A model generated the notes under the pieces. It ran no database searches, was not told the DNA's origin, and worked only from the letters and a program-made list of their open reading frames with translations. From the NCBI GenBank assembly GCA_038496445.1, contig JALMLS010000138.1, forward strand, positions 186,001 through 250,000: a stretch of DNA of 64,000 nt, in the 5' to 3' direction. Both the position numbers and the translations under genes were made by a program. Each line of letters begins with the position of its first letter. The stretch's first letter is position 1. Below, one piece after another: positions 12,526 through 24,900 of the stretch. Source of the stretch: Trichosphaerium sp. ATCC 40318 (Eukaryota > Protista > Tubulinea).

Positions 12526-12961
12526 CTTGGTAACCTGTGTTAATACCAGTTCATTGGCAATAAAGTAACTTATTTAAACAACGTTTGAGTAGCAAGTGTT
12601 AACGTGATCATCCATCATCCAACTACCTAACGCCACAGACTCAAAAAATACACAGGCAAAATTCACAGTACTAGGCAGAGTGACAAAGGAAAATTCTGTG
12701 AGGGACGAAGATACTAGCTTTTATCACGTGACACGAACTTTGTTTTTGACATATCAGTTCAACTGTAAACGCTCACAAGGACTCAAGCTACCACAATGTT
12801 AATCCCATGAGACCACGTATGCTGATTACTGTTGTACGACATGCATCTCAGTAGCTACTTCAATTCTTCAGAAATCCTACAAGAACCAAACTGCTTTTTT
12901 ATGGAAAATTGCTTCTTTTTGTTTTTCAGTTCTGTTTACGTCATTTTTTATAAATTACATC

Positions 12962-14033
12962 ATGTACGGCGGCGGAGCTCCACCACCACTCAGTAAGCGT
13001 ATCTTTGACAAGTATGATAAGGTACATCTGCAACTAAAAAAAAACGACTTTGCTAATTGGGAATAGGACGATAGCGGTTCTATCTTGAACGCTGAGTTCC
13101 AGGCTATGGTATACGAGCTTGGATACCATTTGAAAGATGAAGAAGTTGCTCTTGCTTTAAAGAAGTTAGACGCGTACGTAAAGCCAACTAAACAAGGATT
13201 TGCTTTCTTTGTACTCGTTTTTCGGTACAATTCGTTCTGACCCGCTAAATAGTAACGGAAGTGGCTCTATTGAATACAAAGGTACAGTAAACAGCGATTC
13301 CCACCCTTGTGAACGCGACAACACTTCGGCCTGCGAGTAATCTTTTCACAACAAGGCGTACACGCCACGTTCTTGTTTCAAGACGCAAATACAAGACCTT
13401 TCGTTTTTTGTAAACTACGGCCTTTGCTCACTTTGTTTTTTTCCAGAGTTCAAGCCTTGGTGGTCTTCTGATGATCGATTCGGTAAACTACAACTAACTG
13501 AAAAGGAGCTTGAGTCATTACAACAAGCTGTAACGTACTTTAACTACTTTGACAAAGACAGTACGCGATCCTTGTTTTTGTTGAAATAAAAAGAGTTTTT
13601 TTTTTTTGGCATTTCAACACAAAAACACAAATAACTTTTCATTCTCTCGCCTGACAACTATTGTTTATCGTTTTTACATATCTACTACTATTAAATGTAT
13701 CTAATATATGTTCAGAGAGTGGTTTACTAGCTGCAGGAGAGTTTACTGCTTTCCACAAAGTACGGTCTTTTTTTTTTTGAAAGGATTTAGTTCGAATGAA
13801 AATTAATGCTCTACTGTAGAATCTTGTTGATAATAAAGTGACTACAATGGACCACGATAGCCTTTTATCTACTCTGGATACTGATTCTACTGGAAGCATC
13901 TCATTCAACGGTACGTTTTGTTTCAATAAATGTTTGACAAATTGGGTCTTTTTGTTTCTGGACATATCAGTAATGTTTTTTTTCAGAGTACGTCAATTGG
14001 CTCCTCAAAACTGGCGCTGTAAAAGTAATGTAA
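12962..14033 (+). CDS. Calmodulin-like four-EF-hand calcium-binding protein
   Basis: Spliced loops DKDDSGSILNAE, DANGSGSIEYKE, DKD.SGLLAAGE and DTDSTGSISFNE. Confidence 0.85.
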
Positions 14034-14412
14034 GAGGTGTTAGTTCACAAGTAATAAAGACAACCTTCCCTTTCCGAATGCTAGGTTCATCTACAAACAA
14101 ACTAAAAATTGTACGATTGGTATTGAAAAATAAAAAATATTTTTTCTTAGACTGCGGTGCCTCTGCGTGAAAATTTCAACAGAAAAACTTACAATGTGGA
14201 TAACATAATTCTCTTTTTTCGACCAGCAAGGTAACTTTAGGAGTTTTGTTGCTTGGCTACGACAGCGATAATCCTAATTTAATCTCTCCCATGAGCAAAA
14301 GAAACCAAGCAAAGGTTCAAAAGGTTCAACACAATAAAAAAACTGAGAAACAAAGTAACAGGCAGCGTTTTAGTTAAAAGTTAACTCTTATTTGAATACA
14401 TCACTTTACAGA

Positions 14413-17400
14413 TTAATCTGAGGATTCTTCTTCAGAAGATGATTCTTCTTCAGATGATTCTTCCTCAGAGGATTCCTCTTCAGAGGAGGATTCTTCCTCA
14501 GACGATTCTTCTTCAGAGGATTCATCGTCTTCGTCTGATGATTCTTCATCACCAGATGATTCATCCTCATCAGAGGATTCATCGTAAGAGCTGGACTCTT
14601 CATCTACATCACCAGATGATTCATCATCGTCAGAGTCATCATCGTCATCGTCAGAGTCATCATCAGATTCAGAGTCAGAGTCATCATCGGAGTCAGAGTC
14701 AGAGTCGTCGTCATCATCAGAAGATGAATCACCGCCACCGACACCGACACCAACATTGACGTTAGCGCCACCGGACATTTCAGCACCATGTGGTTCCTTA
14801 GCACCACCAGATACTTCATCATCGTCACCCTTCTTTCTAAAGAGAAGTACGACAACGACGACAATAAGGATAAGTACAACAACGGCAACAATTACTACAA
14901 TAAGCATTAGCGACAAATGTCACAATATTGAGATCAAACCAAAAAAAGTTTCAAACCGAAAACTTGAACACGTACTGATACCGGCAATAGCACCACCTCC
15001 AAGACCACCATCTGGTGGAGATACGGCAGCTGCAGTTGGAGTGGCAACTGGAGCAACTGGAGCAACTGGTACAACAACTGGAGCAGTAGGTGCAGGTGTA
15101 ACAACAGGACGAGTAATAACTGGAGATGCAGCTACGTTCTAAATAAAATAATCAGACAACAGACTTCGAAAATGCAAGCAAAACAAAAGTGAAAAACGTA
15201 CATCAACACCAACAGAAACCCCGTTAGTAGCAAGAGCAGCACTCAAATCAGCACCAGAGGTAGGACTGTTTACAAAACCGACAACACCAGCTGTATCTGC
15301 AGTAGCAGAAGTGCTGATACTGTAAGTGGTAGCTGATTGACGTTTGGTAGCAGTGACAACTACGATAATAGGATCAACTGAAGAGTTGGTGACGGTCTTC
15401 CATGTGCTCTTGAGAGTTGTAATTTCATTGTCTGTGAGGGGACGGTCAAAGGTTACTAGAACTGTAATGTTTCCGTCAGTTGGGCATTGTTCGGTTTGTG
15501 CATCAGCAGAAGCCATCTCACTCTACAAACAAACATAACGGTTAGAACGAGGTAAAAAGACAATAAAATTGCTTTGGGTTAACAAGACGTACACCAAGAG
15601 TCCATTCAAGGGTAGTTGTGAAGTTAATTTGGACAAGACCAGTTTGGAAGTTCTTGTTTTCGAATCCAGAAGCAAAGCTGGTTGGTTGGTTGGTAACCTA
15701 AGTTTACGAATAAGAACACAACATCAAAGCAGATAAGATAGACGTACAGAAGCAGGTGTAGATCCATCAATCTCGAAAGTGTTCATGGCTGTTTGAGCAT
15801 TAATGGTAATGAGGTCAGAGCCTTGAAGGTTCCAGCCAACGAAAGCTGTGAATCCATTGTCGGTAGGGGAGATGCAATCAACGAATGGAGTAATGGTTAC
15901 TACAGCAGCAGCAGTTGGTGCAGTTGGTTGAACTGGAGCTACAGGAGCCATTGTAGGTGCCAAAGTTGTGACTTGTTGGCACGTAGTAGGCGCTGTAAAC
16001 TCAGGTACGATAGTAGTACCAGTAGGGCGAGTTGGTAAGATGCTTTGGATGACGTGAATGACACCATTGGAAGCTGGGATATCAGCAATACAGACAGGAA
16101 CTCCGTCAATAGTGATGGTAGAACCATTTTTGACAACAGTGATATTTTGCCCGTTGAGAGAAGTACCGACAAGTGTGGTACCCTCAGGCACATCAGCAGA
16201 GAACAAAGCAGCGCCTTCAACAATGTGAAAGTTCAACAAGGACAATAATCCAAGTCCCAAAGTGTCATTGGTAAGACTGTCAATCAATGTTTGGTTTGTT
16301 TCAGCGACAGCGAAAGCCTAAAGGAAATATCAGCAACAACTGGTACAATTATTTTAGAGAAAAACGTACAGCAGAGGCTGGTACAAAAGCAGTGAATGTT
16401 TTAGTGGAGTTGCCAATGTCAGCAAAAATACCAGCAGGAGCAGAGTTGATAATATTGCCAGCAACTTGGTTGAAAGTAGCAGTAATTGCAGAAAATTGGG
16501 TAATTGCAGCAATGGTAAAATCAGGATGGATGAGTGCGTTGTCAATAGCATGAGCGACACCATTAGAGGCGAGGACATCAGCAATTGCGACAGTAGCAGG
16601 GAAAGTTGCAGAAGGGTTGATCTTTACAGTTCCATTTACTACAGCTAACTCAAGTGAAGCAGAGTTAGCAGAGACGAGAGTAGCGCCATCAGAAATTCCA
16701 TCAGCGTAAGTCTACAAGAAAAATGAGTTCAAAAAAGAGAAACAAGGCAAAAAATACAAATATTGAGGAATTGAAGCAAAATACGTACAACGCCTCCAAC
16801 AGCATGGTACAAAACAAATTTTGAGGCCATAGCAGTGTCCAAAGCAAGGATATCAACAAAATCAGCAGGGAATTTGTCGAAAGCAGCGTTGACAGGACCA
16901 AAGACGGTCAAAGGAGTGTTGCTGTTGAGGGTAGGGAGCAATCCAGCGCCAGTAGCGAGCTTGGTGACTTGTGCGAGTTCGCTAGAACCAGCAGCAATTC
17001 CACCAATAGTGAGAGCAGGGAATAAAACTTTGTTTACTCCATGTATCATAAAGTTAGAAGACATAATATCTGCTTCAACAACGGCGGAAGGTTCGCTGGT
17101 TGGGTTTTGCAAAGCTGCATTAGGGTTGAGCTTGACAGTTCCCGAAACGTTAGTAGCTTGGATAGCTTGAGGGACGCTGGCGTTGAAAAAACTTGGCAAT
17201 TTGCTGTACAAACGGGTCTAGTCGTAAAGTTAGATCCATTTTTTGAGAGAAAAAAAACAAGCGCTATGAGAACGTACAGGAGTGCTTCCAAGGAGAGTGG
17301 CAGCATCGACAAAAACAGGGGAAGCTGGGTTAGTACTCCAAATGTGGTACTTGAGAACAGAAACAGTATCTAAAAGGATTTAGTGGTCGATTTCTTTTGT

Positions 17401-18551
17401 ACGTTGCGCATAAAAACAAATATAAATAACTACAAAAACCGTACCGTTAAAAGATCCAAGCAAGGCTTGTGCTGCAGTAAAGGCTTCATTGGTTGGAGCG
17501 AACAAGTTGTACATTCCAGTGCTGTTAGCAATAATGTCGGCAACAGCAGGATAAGCTTCAATAGCGGTAACGAGCATACTGTAGTTTGATAAACCTCTCA
17601 AAACCTCCAAAGCATTTTGCTTTGCTAAAAGTTAGTAAAGTATTCGTAAAGTAATATACGTACAAGACCGACAACAGGTGCTGCGGTTGTAGGAACAACA
17701 GGTGCTGCGGTTGTAGGAATAACAGGTGCCGCGGTTGTTGGAGCTACAGTTGTTGGAGCCACAGTTGTTGGTGCGACGGTCGTTGGTGGTCCAGCAGTTG
17801 TTGGAGCTACAGTTGTTGGAGGTCCAGCAGTTGTTGGAGCCATAGTTGTTGGAGCTACAGTTGTTGGAGCTACAGTTGTTGGTGCGACGGTTGTTGGAGG
17901 TCCAGCAGTTGTTGGAGCCATAGTTGTTGGAGCTACAGTTGTTGGAGCCACAGTTGTTGGTGCGACGGTCGTTGGTGGTCCAGCAGTTGTTGGAGCCATA
18001 GTTGTTGGTGCGACAGTTGTTGGAGCCACAGTTGTTGGTGCGACGGTTGTTGGTGGTCCAGCAGTTGTTGGAGCCATAGTTGTTGGTGCGACAGTTGTTG
18101 GCGCTACAGTCGTTGGCGCTACAGTTGTTGGAGCCACAGTCGTTGGCGCTACAGTTGTTGGAGCTACAGTTGTTGGAGCTACAGTCGTTGGCGCTACAGT
18201 TGTTGGCGCTACAGTTGTTGGAGCTACAGTCGTTGGAGCTACAGTTGTTGGAGCCACAGTTGTTGGCGCTACAGTCGTTGGAGCTACAGTTGTTGGCGCT
18301 ACAGTTGTTGGCGCTACAGTTGTTGGCGCTACAGTCGTTGGCGCTACAGTCGTTGGCGCTACAGTTGTTGGAGCCACAGTTGTTGGCGGTAACGTTGTTG
18401 GAGGTAACGTTGTCGGAGGTAACGTTGTCGGTGGTAACGTTGTCGGAGGTAACGTTGTTGGAGGTAACGTTGTCGGAGGTGGAGTCGCCTGACCAATAAC
18501 ACCACTGAGCAGCACAGCTGCGATAAATAAATAAATAAGACTGTTATGCAT
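14413..18551 (-). CDS. Fasciclin (3x FAS1) type I surface glycoprotein with PTTVA mucin stalk and Ser/Asp/Glu-rich cytoplasmic tail
   Basis: Signal peptide. FAS1 H1/H2 motifs LFAPTNEAF..DIMSSNFMIHGVNKVL, TVFGPVNAAF..DVLASNGVAHAIDNAL and TAFVPASA..DIPASNGVIHVIQSIL. TM VVIVAVVVLILIVVVVVLLF then RKK, followed by an acidic tail. Confidence 0.9.
17675..18480 (-). repeat. Coding 15-bp minisatellite encoding PTTVA/PTTLP units with higher-order blocks
   Basis: Tandem gttgttggagctaca-type units. Higher-order repeat PTTVAPTTVAPTTMAPTTAGP. Confidence 0.95.
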
Positions 18552-18926
18552 GGTTCGACAACGAGAGCTGTTGTTTAGGTTGCAGTAGAAGTTAAAAAAG
18601 GAAGTTAATGACTTAAGATGTTCGCGTTTACTTTAGGCGCAAGTGGGAGATATTCGGCTGAGTGAGCGCGTACAGAACTCATCCCTATCGTATTAAGCGC
18701 TTCCACTCTTTTTCTCTACATCTATCTTGAAAACTAACTATCTGAAGTTTTGGTGATGGGAAATAGGGATAACGCGCTAACTTTGCCGTAAAATACGCGT
18801 AAACAAAAAAAGAACACCAAAAACAAAATTAAAAAACTTAAGTTTTATCACCACACCGATAATAATAACAAGTATCTACATAGTTGGGTTTTGTGTAGTT
18901 ATACGCAAAGTTACAGTTTACTCGGT

Positions 18927-21900
18927 TTAAGAGGAGTATTGCGCTTTGTTCATCTTATGAAGCTTATCGCGCTCTTTTTTGATTTGCGCTTCCAATCGCA
19001 GAATAGCTGCTTGTTGGTCCAGTTTTGCAGTTGCGGCTTTTGCAAAAGAGAAGGCGCTGAAGTCCGTTTCCTCTTCTTCGTCGTCTTGGAATTTTGCTGC
19101 AGACGCAGCAGCGTTAACGAGTTGTCCTATGAAGTTATTAAAAAAAACTTCCATTTCCCAAGTAGACAAGAAATCACCAAAATAAGATGTTTGGTAAAAA
19201 TATTTTCGTACCAGTTGCGTGTGCGACTGCTTTTGCAGCCACAGACAATTTTTGTTGCGATGCGGAGTTAGGGTCAGCCTTAACTTTGCACGCGTAGACC
19301 AATTGTGCTGTAGCTGCGGCAACAGCCTTAGCTGTAGCTACGAGTTGTGCTTCGTCTACGTTATTGTCTACAGCTTCGTTTGCTGCTCCAACTAGCCGTT
19401 GAACTGTACCAGCAACGGCTTGAGCCGCAGAAATAAGTCCTACTATGTATTAGCGTTGCTTCAGAGTGTATGCAAGCGCACCATTGGCCCAAGTTGGATC
19501 AGCTTTGTACTTTCTACCAGCAGGCGTTTTGAATTTATCAATACGTTCTTGTTGTGCCACCGCTGCGGCTTCAACAAGCTTACCAGTAGCCAGAGCAATA
19601 GCTCTGGCAGCCTTTACAATAGCTTCTTTAATATCGTACTCGTCTAGTACACCAGGTGTCTTTGGTGTTTTACGTTGCGGTTTGTACGACAATAACTTTT
19701 GTGCGCACTCAGCAATGACAGCAGCTGCTTGACGTAGTTCGTCAGCTGCCATACTCTCTAGCGAGTTAGCATCGTCCTCAATCTTGAGGTCTGCTGTATC
19801 TGGTAATTTACGAAGTGCCTACCAAAATACATTAACAAAAAGGATACAGTTAAATAGTAAAGCCGTACAGCTTCGAGGTTTCTCAAGCACGTTGTAACTG
19901 CACCAGACGATTCCTCTAGTTTGCTTTGAGTTTGTTCGTCTTGTCTGTTCAGCTTTGAAGTATCAAGCATGCCTATCACAGCATTTGCAGTTTCTCCAGC
20001 CGCTACGACAATAGCCTATTGTACAAGATTAATTTAAACAGAAAGGTTATTCCAGAATATCGTACATTCTTAGCTTCATCATCAGGGCTGCCTCTAGCAA
20101 CAGGATTGGATGTGTTTATGAGTTTTTCCACTGCAGGGAAAGTATTTTTAGCTGCATCGATGAGTTCGTCTTGGTTAGCGGCGAACATAAGGTCCGCAGT
20201 GTTCGTGATGATTTCTTTCGCCTACAAATGCGTAAGATTTAGTTTTGGGAAGGGTAAAAACGAACTACAAGTTTTTACGAGTAGAATTCTCGAACGGGTA
20301 CACTTACAGCCGTTACTACATCTTGCGGCGAAGCAGATTCAAAGCCGTCGCCAGGGCTCTGTAAGAATTGTAGAATTTGTTTCTTAGCAGCCTCAACAGC
20401 CGCTTCTCCTTTTGCGTGGACGTCCAAAGCACTCGTTGCGGTAGCAATGAGCTAAAGAGAGTACTGTAAGCGCGTCGTTTGTTGCAGTAGTTTGGAAGTT
20501 TTTCCCGGTTATACTTTTCTTACCTCCTTTACATTTTCTACAATTGCTTGTTGCGATGACGCTAGCAAAGTTTGTACACCTTTGTCACCTGGTAAGCGTT
20601 GGGCATCCTTTGAAGCCAAGATAATTTGTTGTGAGGCGATAGCTAAGAAAAATGATGAGAAACACTTTTTTTTTTTTTTGAAACGCACCCAATGTTTTGG
20701 CTGTACCAAGTACAGTTTGTTGTGTATTTGGGTCTCCGAGTCTGGATGCAAACAATGACGTGGCATAAGCGACGCGCACAATACATTGTGCAGCTTGCAT
20801 GGCGGATTCACCGAGTATCTCTTGAGTCTGTGATGCAGACTTGGCCATCTTGACAGACATCTTTGCCATGGTGTTGGCAATGCCGACAAGGTTCGTTTGA
20901 AGGGTAGTTAGAGGCTGGGCTATAGCTTCCTTGGAAGGCTCGAATTGACTAGCCTGAGCGTACATACTACTAGTATCCAAATTGACCTACAGAGCATGTC
21001 AGAAGCGGTTCAAAACTGCGAAAACAAAAAACTTACAATGATCTTTCTGATATTTTCTCCAGCCTTGTCGCATAGCATTTCACCGACAGCACCTTTTCTT
21101 ACGGCCTCAAGGAGGTCCTTGATAGCTTTACGAGATGCTTCAGAAGCATCAGTCAAGTCTTTTTGGTATTGTTGGTTCGCAGAGTCAGTTGCGCACTTGA
21201 AAAAAAGAGATGTAAATAAAGTGTTTCAAAGATAGAAGTAAGCTGCGTACCAATTTAGACTTAGCTACTACAGACGTTGCTTGTGCAGCCACAGTCAAGG
21301 CGGCTTGTTTCATGGTCTCCTTGGCTTCAGCACTGGAGGTTGTGGCGATAGCCTTCTTGACAGTATTGATGAGAGTATCCACTGATGTACCGATTCTTTC
21401 GGCTTCAAGACCGACAGCGGCGACGTTCTTCTTGTCGACAGTACGAATACCATTGACAGCTTGGAAGAAGCTGGTAGCATCTTGAATGAGTTGTTCTCTG
21501 TGCACTTGGTATGCTCGCTTTGGAGGCGCAGCAAGAGGAGTATTAAAAGCTCTACCAGCAGCATTGAGTTTGGCAACAGTTTTGTCTAATTCGCTCAAAA
21601 GGTTGACATTGGAGATTACAACACTAACGAGGTTTCCTACAGCTTCAGAGGCTTTCTAAAATACATTGTAAGTGTTTGATAAAGAGCTAAGAATTATATC
21701 ATTACCTTGACCCTAGCAACAATTTTAGTGCCAGAAGCAGCATCTTGGTTGTTGTAGTCTCTGCAAGATACAACCAAATCACCAACTGAATCAGCCAAAA
21801 TTTTGGACAGATTGAACAACTGTCGGCGCTGTTGGTTATCGGTAGTAGCAGAAGCTGCATTTTCTGTGGCAGCAACGAGGAGAGGCATGTCCTTTTGGAC

Positions 21901-24900
21901 TTTTTTGGCTGCAATAACGAGTTCTTGTGCTGTGCCTTGAACACCAGATACAAGTATTTTTACGTCATCAGCAATAAGCTAAAGCACAAAGTGTGTTAGA
22001 GAAAGAACGAATGAGCTAAACAATCGTAGTACCTTCGCAGTATCACCGAGTTTAGCTTGAGCATCAGGGAAACTGTCATTGGTGTTTTGTGCTTTCCACT
22101 CTCCAACATCAATATTGATAACAGCAGCGTCGAGTTTTGTCGAACACTCTTGCAATACACCCATAGCAACTTGACATTGCTTAACACCAGGGTTGAGGCC
22201 AAGAATGACACGTTGAAGATCTTTGAGATTGGCCGTTACATTGGCTGTATTTTGGTTCAAGTCATCTTGAGCAAGTTTAGATTCACCGTTTGAAGCAACA
22301 GCGGCTCCAGCACGGATTAAGCTCGCCGCGGACACACCGAGCGTCTTGACGGCAGTAGCGAGTTTTTTGGCGAGTTGCTCAGGAACGATATCAACAGAGC
22401 TACCACCTGGGCCACGTTTAGTTGCTTCAAGGTTAGAAACCTTAAGCTGCAAATCTTTGGCGCAACCGACAAGTACGCGAAAGTTTTCTGGTGTTCCTTG
22501 TGTAGATAACTTGGCAGCATTGGTGAGACGGTTGGCTGCAGTTGCCATAGCACGAATGCAAGTCAAGAGTTTGGCTTTGCGAGCATCATCACTTTCAGCT
22601 TTAGCCATTTGCTTTGCTTCATTCATGAGTTCAGTAGCAGAGAGCTAAATTAATTAGTGAGTGGCAGATGATTTAAACTTAAGGGTTGAAGAGCTTACCG
22701 CAGCTTGCTTGGTAGCAGCCAAAACCTTTCTTGTGTTTGTGTGCTCCTTGATGATTACTTGACCGCATTTGAGAATCTTTGTAGCGGCAGGAGAGAACTT
22801 GGCTACTTCACCTTTTGAAGCCGAACGCGAAGCTTCTACAAGAGCGAGTACAGTAGCAGCAGTTTGCTTAGCAAATACACCAAGTTTTCCTGGAGCAGTA
22901 CGTGCAGATGAAAGAAGACTAGGGAGGGCTTGAGCCATACCCTTTGAACCCTTTGAAAACTCAACAAGTAGTGTTGGGCGCGCTTTACCGACTGCACCGT
23001 TCAAGTCATCCAAACTAATTGGTATGTGAGAATTTTGAACAGAAATTAAAATTGATAATGTACTTTGCAAGAGCATTGAGGATGTCTCTGCTTGCTTGAC
23101 CGCATTCTGGAGATACAACACCGCCAAGAGATCGCATCAAATCTTCAATAGATTTGCTGACTTGTTCCGAGGCAGCACCGAGATTTTCTACGCTGCTTGA
23201 ATCTTTACTGGCAACTGTGCCTTTGCAGGCATTGAGCAGGGATCCCAAAGAGTCAGCCATTGCACGGGCTGCATCCAAGATATCCATTTTCATTTGCTCG
23301 TCATCAGCAGCTGAAGCAGCGATGTTAACAGATTGAAGGGTTTGGCGACCAGTAGAGAGCACTAGGCGCGCTGCAGAACCCAAAGCTTCTGGGTTGTTCT
23401 TGGCAGTGGAGGAAGCTTGGAGAACAGAGGCTGCTAAAGCCTTGGTGACCATCTCCAATCCTTCAGCGGCATCCTTAAATGATACAGATGTGACTTCACC
23501 GCTAGATAGTGTATCCTTCAAAGTGTTTAAGCGCTTAATGGCTTCATCAGCTTCTCTGGTTTCGAGACCAGATGCAGCTGCTACAACAGAAGCAAGAGAT
23601 CCCTTGGCTTTACCTTGGTCGAGATCAACCTAGTGTAGGTGTTAGATTAACCCATGCAGTAAGAAGTTACATACCACTTTGTTGAGATTTGGATTTCCTT
23701 TCTCCAAAGCGAGTGAACGAGAAGATTTTACGAGGTTTACAATGTCTTCGTTCAACTGTTTACTTGCGCCAATGACACGCTTCTGCATTTGTCTATCTTT
23801 TGTGGTTGAAGCCACAGCACGTGTTGCGTTGGCCATTTGATTCGCAGCATCAGCCAACTCTCTTGTTGGTTGTGAGAGGGAACCGCCTTGTTTTGCGGTT
23901 TGTACAACCTTGTTCAAGGCACCGATAAGATTCTTTTGAGCCAAGAGTAGGAGATTCCTGGCGTTATCTCTGTTTTGTCCTGGGATAGGAACCAAGAGAC
24001 CTTGCTCAGCGCTGAAGAGAGCAGCATCAAGGTCAGAAGAAACCATATCAAACTCTTGCATGGCTTCTTCAATAGCAGCTTGGCCTGTAAGGCGTCCTAC
24101 AACTCCACTTGCTTTGTTGAGGGCTTGGATGGCTTCCTCCAATTCGCCAGCAGCTGCAAGAACGGCTTGGCGTTGATTTGGTTCGTTAAGGTGTCGTGCT
24201 GCACGTTTAGTGGTTACAACAAATCCTTGCATTGGAGGCAATGATTGTGTGCCAGTTTGTAACAAATCTGTTTGGCGAGCCATGTTGTTTGGATCGCGTG
24301 TGGCTTTACCAACAGCTTCGACCAAACCTTTTACAACGTGAGTCATGGTATGTTGACCTTGGTTCAAGTTGTTGCGTGCAGTCTAAACAATAGTCAGAAT
24401 AACATATTGGTAATTTGATGTCGTACCGCATCAGTAACGTGTGGAACAGCAAGACGTGCTGTACCATTAAGTTTGACACCAGCGGCAGCACAACGCTTAG
24501 CATAGTATCTCAAAGTAGTCAAAGCGGCTTCTTTACTGTCACCAACAATTGCCTATTAAACAAAACGTAAGAAAACAGCATTTGAAAAACAAATCCTTTA
24601 ACGCACCTGTACAGCAGCTTGCACGGACTTTGTAGCATCAACCAACGCTTGTTGGTTGTTTGGGTCATTAGGATTTGCGCTGGCGGCCTTAGCGGCAAAT
24701 AAAAGCTTCTTCAAGGCATCGGTTGCGGCTTTTCCAGCCTTTCCGAGGCGCTCTCTGGAAGCTGGGTCAACTACCTTGGCGAGCTTGTTTGAAACACCAA
24801 TAATTTGATTACATGCAGCAACACTGTCCTTCGAGTACTTAATAATAGCTTCGCCGTTTGTAAGATTGGCGCTAGCACTGAGTAAGTATTACAACGTAAC

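Noticed and set aside
14439-15142. His/Arg/Gln-rich plus-strand ORFs
   Set aside because: Antisense shadows of the acidic tail and TM exons of the fasciclin gene.
15655-15672. TTCGAATCC tRNA T-loop-like motif
   Set aside because: It lies within a fasciclin exon on the opposite strand, and no cloverleaf can be formed.
17675-18480. Tandem array resembling CRISPR
   Set aside because: There are no unique spacers; it is a coding mucin minisatellite in a eukaryotic gene.
19820-19868. GTATCCTT as a U12-type donor in talin
   Set aside because: It is internal to an ordinary intron that begins GTACGG.
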